From the NCBI RefSeq assembly GCF_028858535.1, contig NZ_JAPMOU010000004.1, forward strand, positions 149,473 to 213,472: a DNA stretch of 64,000 nt. Reading direction: 5' to 3'. The stretch comes from Spartinivicinus poritis (GTDB lineage Bacteria; Pseudomonadota; Gammaproteobacteria; Pseudomonadales; Zooshikellaceae). Both the position numbers and the translations under genes were made by a program. The notes under the pieces are model-generated. The model was not told the origin of the DNA. It made no database searches and was given only the letters and a program-made list of their open reading frames with translations. Shown in pieces: positions 61,964 through 64,000 of the stretch (position 1 is its first letter; every line of letters starts with the position of its first letter).

Positions 61964-62542
61964 GTGCGCAATCGAAGCATGGAACAGAAGCTGTCTCGCC
62001 GCCAGTTTCTGATGTGTTCTGCTGCTACTTTGACCACAGCAGCATTATCAAGTTACAGTCAAGCCTCTATTTTTAAAGACTTTGCTCAACCTGCTTATAA
62101 GTCTCTCGTACTAAATAATACCCACACGGGGGAAAAAGTATCTGTTACTTTTTGGGAAAAAGGCCAAATTGTAAAAGATGCTATGTCTGAAATTAATCGA
62201 GTACTTCGTGACCACCGTTCAGGTGAAACATACAGCATGGATCCAGAATTAATGGACTTGCTTTTCTGGTTACAATATCAGCTCGATTTACCAGCCAAAA
62301 CACCCTTTAATGTTATTTCAGGCTATCGCTCACCAAAAACCAATGCAATGTTGCGCCGTCAGGGCCGTAGCGTAGCTAAAAATAGCTTTCATATGAAAGG
62401 AAGAGCCATAGATATAGCTGTACCTGGGCGTAACTTAAAAGATGTAAGAGGTGCAGCACTCAGTCTGAAAGGTGGTGGAGTAGGCTATTATCCTGGAAGT
62501 GGTTTCGTTCACTTAGATACCGGCCCCACACGCATTTGGTGA
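61964..62542 (+). CDS. Tat-exported DUF882 / peptidase M15A family protein (YcbK/MepK-like murein endopeptidase)
   Basis: Twin-arginine signal SRRQFLMCSAATLTTAAL. Zn-ligand region HMKGRAIDIA and C-terminal HLD. Confidence 0.8.
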   Translation: MRNRSMEQKLSRRQFLMCSAATLTTAALSSYSQASIFKDFAQPAYKSLVLNNTHTGEKVSVTFWEKGQIVKDAMSEINRVLRDHRSGETYSMDPELMDLLFWLQYQLDLPAKTPFNVISGYRSPKTNAMLRRQGRSVAKNSFHMKGRAIDIAVPGRNLKDVRGAALSLKGGGVGYYPGSGFVHLDTGPTRIW

Positions 62543-64000
62543 AGCACTGATTTCTGTCGGGTTAAGTTCTTTGGCAGGGGTCAAAATTTTTCCCAGCCCC
62601 GCCTTTCTTAACTCCAACTCAAGTGTACTGTGAATGATCTTGGCATCATCAAGCACAAGCACCTTGCTTAGTACTTCTTTTGCCCAGCCAACACTGATAT
62701 TACTCAACACCCATTTTACTTTGGGTAAGTTCGTAGCATTCATAGACAGCACATCAAACCCCATTGCAACCAATAGTACTACTGCTAGCGGTTCTCCAGC
62801 CATCTCACCACAAATACTGACAGGCTTTCCTGCAGCATGGGCATCTTTCACAACTGACTGCAATGCATACAATACTGCAGGATGAAACGAGTGATATAAG
62901 TCAGCCACCCGCGGATTATTTCTATCCACAGCCAGAATATATTGGGTCAGGTCGTTACTACCAATGGATAAAAAGTCAACGCGTTTTACAAATTCAGACA
63001 CTTGATATACAGCACCTGGTACTTCAATCATCACTCCCACTGGAGGAAATTGTACGTTAACGCCTTCACTCACAACCTCCCCATAGGCTCGATGAATTAA
63101 GTGTAAAGCATCATCAACTTCCGCCACGCTGGAAATCATAGGCAACATAATACGTAAATTATTAAGCCCAGCACTGGCCTTTAACATGGCGCGAATCTGC
63201 ACCAAAAAAATTTCAGGATGATCTAACGTAACTCGAATACCTCGCCAACCAAGAAACGGGTTATCTTCTTCAATTGGAAAATAGGATAGTGATTTATCAC
63301 CCCCAATATCCAGGGTTCTCATCGTAACCGGGCTCGGAGCAAATGCTTGCAGCTGGGCGCGATAGATTTCCTGCTGTTCATTTTCACTCGGAAACCGCTC
63401 CCGAATCATAAAAGGTACTTCTGTGCGATACAGACCAACCCCTTCAGCCCCACGGTCTAACGAGCGCATAACATCTGTCATTAGCCCGGTATTTACCCAT
63501 AATGGAATACGAAAGTTGTCGCGTGTAATACAAGGACGCCCTTTTAATCCTTCTAAACCGGCAATAAATTGCTTTTCTTCATCAACGACTTCTTGGTATT
63601 GGTTACATAGCTCACTAGATGGACTTAAATAGACTCGACCTAAATTCCCATCGACAATCATCTTTTTGCCGCTGAGTTGGTTATACGGCAGGTCAACTGC
63701 GCCCATTACTGTGGGAATTCCCATGGCCCGAGCTAATATAGCCACATGAGAGTTAACTGAGCCCAACACTGACACCAGCCCCACTAACTTTTCTTTAGGC
63801 ACTTCTCCTAGCATGGTAGGAGTCACTTCTTCACTGATTAAAATGGTGTTTTCTGGGTAGGAGACATTAATCTTATTGTCTTCTTGAAGGTAGGCTAAGA
63901 CTCTTCGGCCTAAGTCTTTAACATCGACTGCCCGCTCTCTTAAGTAAGGGTCTTCCATCATTTCAAAGGCACGGACATGCTCTTCAATCACCTGTCTCAA
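62513..64000 (-). CDS. ptsP: phosphoenolpyruvate-protein phosphotransferase PtsP (EI-Ntr), partial (N-terminus beyond window)
   Basis: The ORF runs off the right edge. PEP-utilising enzyme domains are present, including the phosphohistidine region and a C-terminal TIM barrel (GSNDLTQY). Adjacent to lgt-thyA as in E. coli. Confidence 0.85.
   Translation of the reverse strand: MRQVIEEHVRAFEMMEDPYLRERAVDVKDLGRRVLAYLQEDNKINVSYPENTILISEEVTPTMLGEVPKEKLVGLVSVLGSVNSHVAILARAMGIPTVMGAVDLPYNQLSGKKMIVDGNLGRVYLSPSSELCNQYQEVVDEEKQFIAGLEGLKGRPCITRDNFRIPLWVNTGLMTDVMRSLDRGAEGVGLYRTEVPFMIRERFPSENEQQEIYRAQLQAFAPSPVTMRTLDIGGDKSLSYFPIEEDNPFLGWRGIRVTLDHPEIFLVQIRAMLKASAGLNNLRIMLPMISSVAEVDDALHLIHRAYGEVVSEGVNVQFPPVGVMIEVPGAVYQVSEFVKRVDFLSIGSNDLTQYILAVDRNNPRVADLYHSFHPAVLYALQSVVKDAHAAGKPVSICGEMAGEPLAVVLLVAMGFDVLSMNATNLPKVKWVLSNISVGWAKEVLSKVLVLDDAKIIHSTLELELRKAGLGKILTPAKELNPTEISASPNACGAGI

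Overview
This is a 64-kb AT-rich chromosomal segment that looks gammaproteobacterial. The gene set is syntenic with the Pseudomonas hexR/zwf/edd/gts region, which I recall from memory and did not search.

Left third (1-21 kb): mostly accessory or regulatory genes. They include a hybrid histidine kinase, an OmpA-family lipoprotein with thrombospondin type-3 repeats, ansA, an FAD-linked oxidase cotranscribed with a small unknown protein, ldhA, short-chain dehydrogenases, two LysR regulators, several orphan periplasmic solute-binding-like proteins and secreted hypotheticals.

Centre: the Entner-Doudoroff and glucose-uptake locus. It runs hexR | zwf-pgl-eda ... glk-edd | gap-pyk, then a gtsABCD-like sugar ABC transporter with a tandem-duplicated binding protein and a GltR/GtrS-like two-component system.

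This locus is split between eda and glk by a ~13.3-kb low-GC insertion (24956-38277) that carries:
- an orphan GspE/PilB-like secretion ATPase;
- a clear RtcR (CARF + sigma-54 activator) homolog, divergent from a sigma-54-type promoter that points at a near-canonical but anomalous tRNA-like RNA (anticodon AGG) rather than at rtcBA;
- an SPFH protein, a large uncharacterized protein and an OXA-type class D beta-lactamase;
- several small secreted/lipoprotein ORFs.

Two repeat families are scattered through the window. One is a ~130-250-bp MITE-like element with four copies, two of them inverted and bracketing 9 kb of the insertion. The other is a short palindromic GGGCACCTCTAATAA element with four copies. 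A separate 151-bp element with perfect 12-bp terminal inverted repeats sits in the hexR-zwf promoter region.

Right end: housekeeping thyA-lgt, a TauE-family exporter, ycbK/mepK-like and a partial ptsP. No CRISPR array, rRNA, transposase or prophage genes were recognised.
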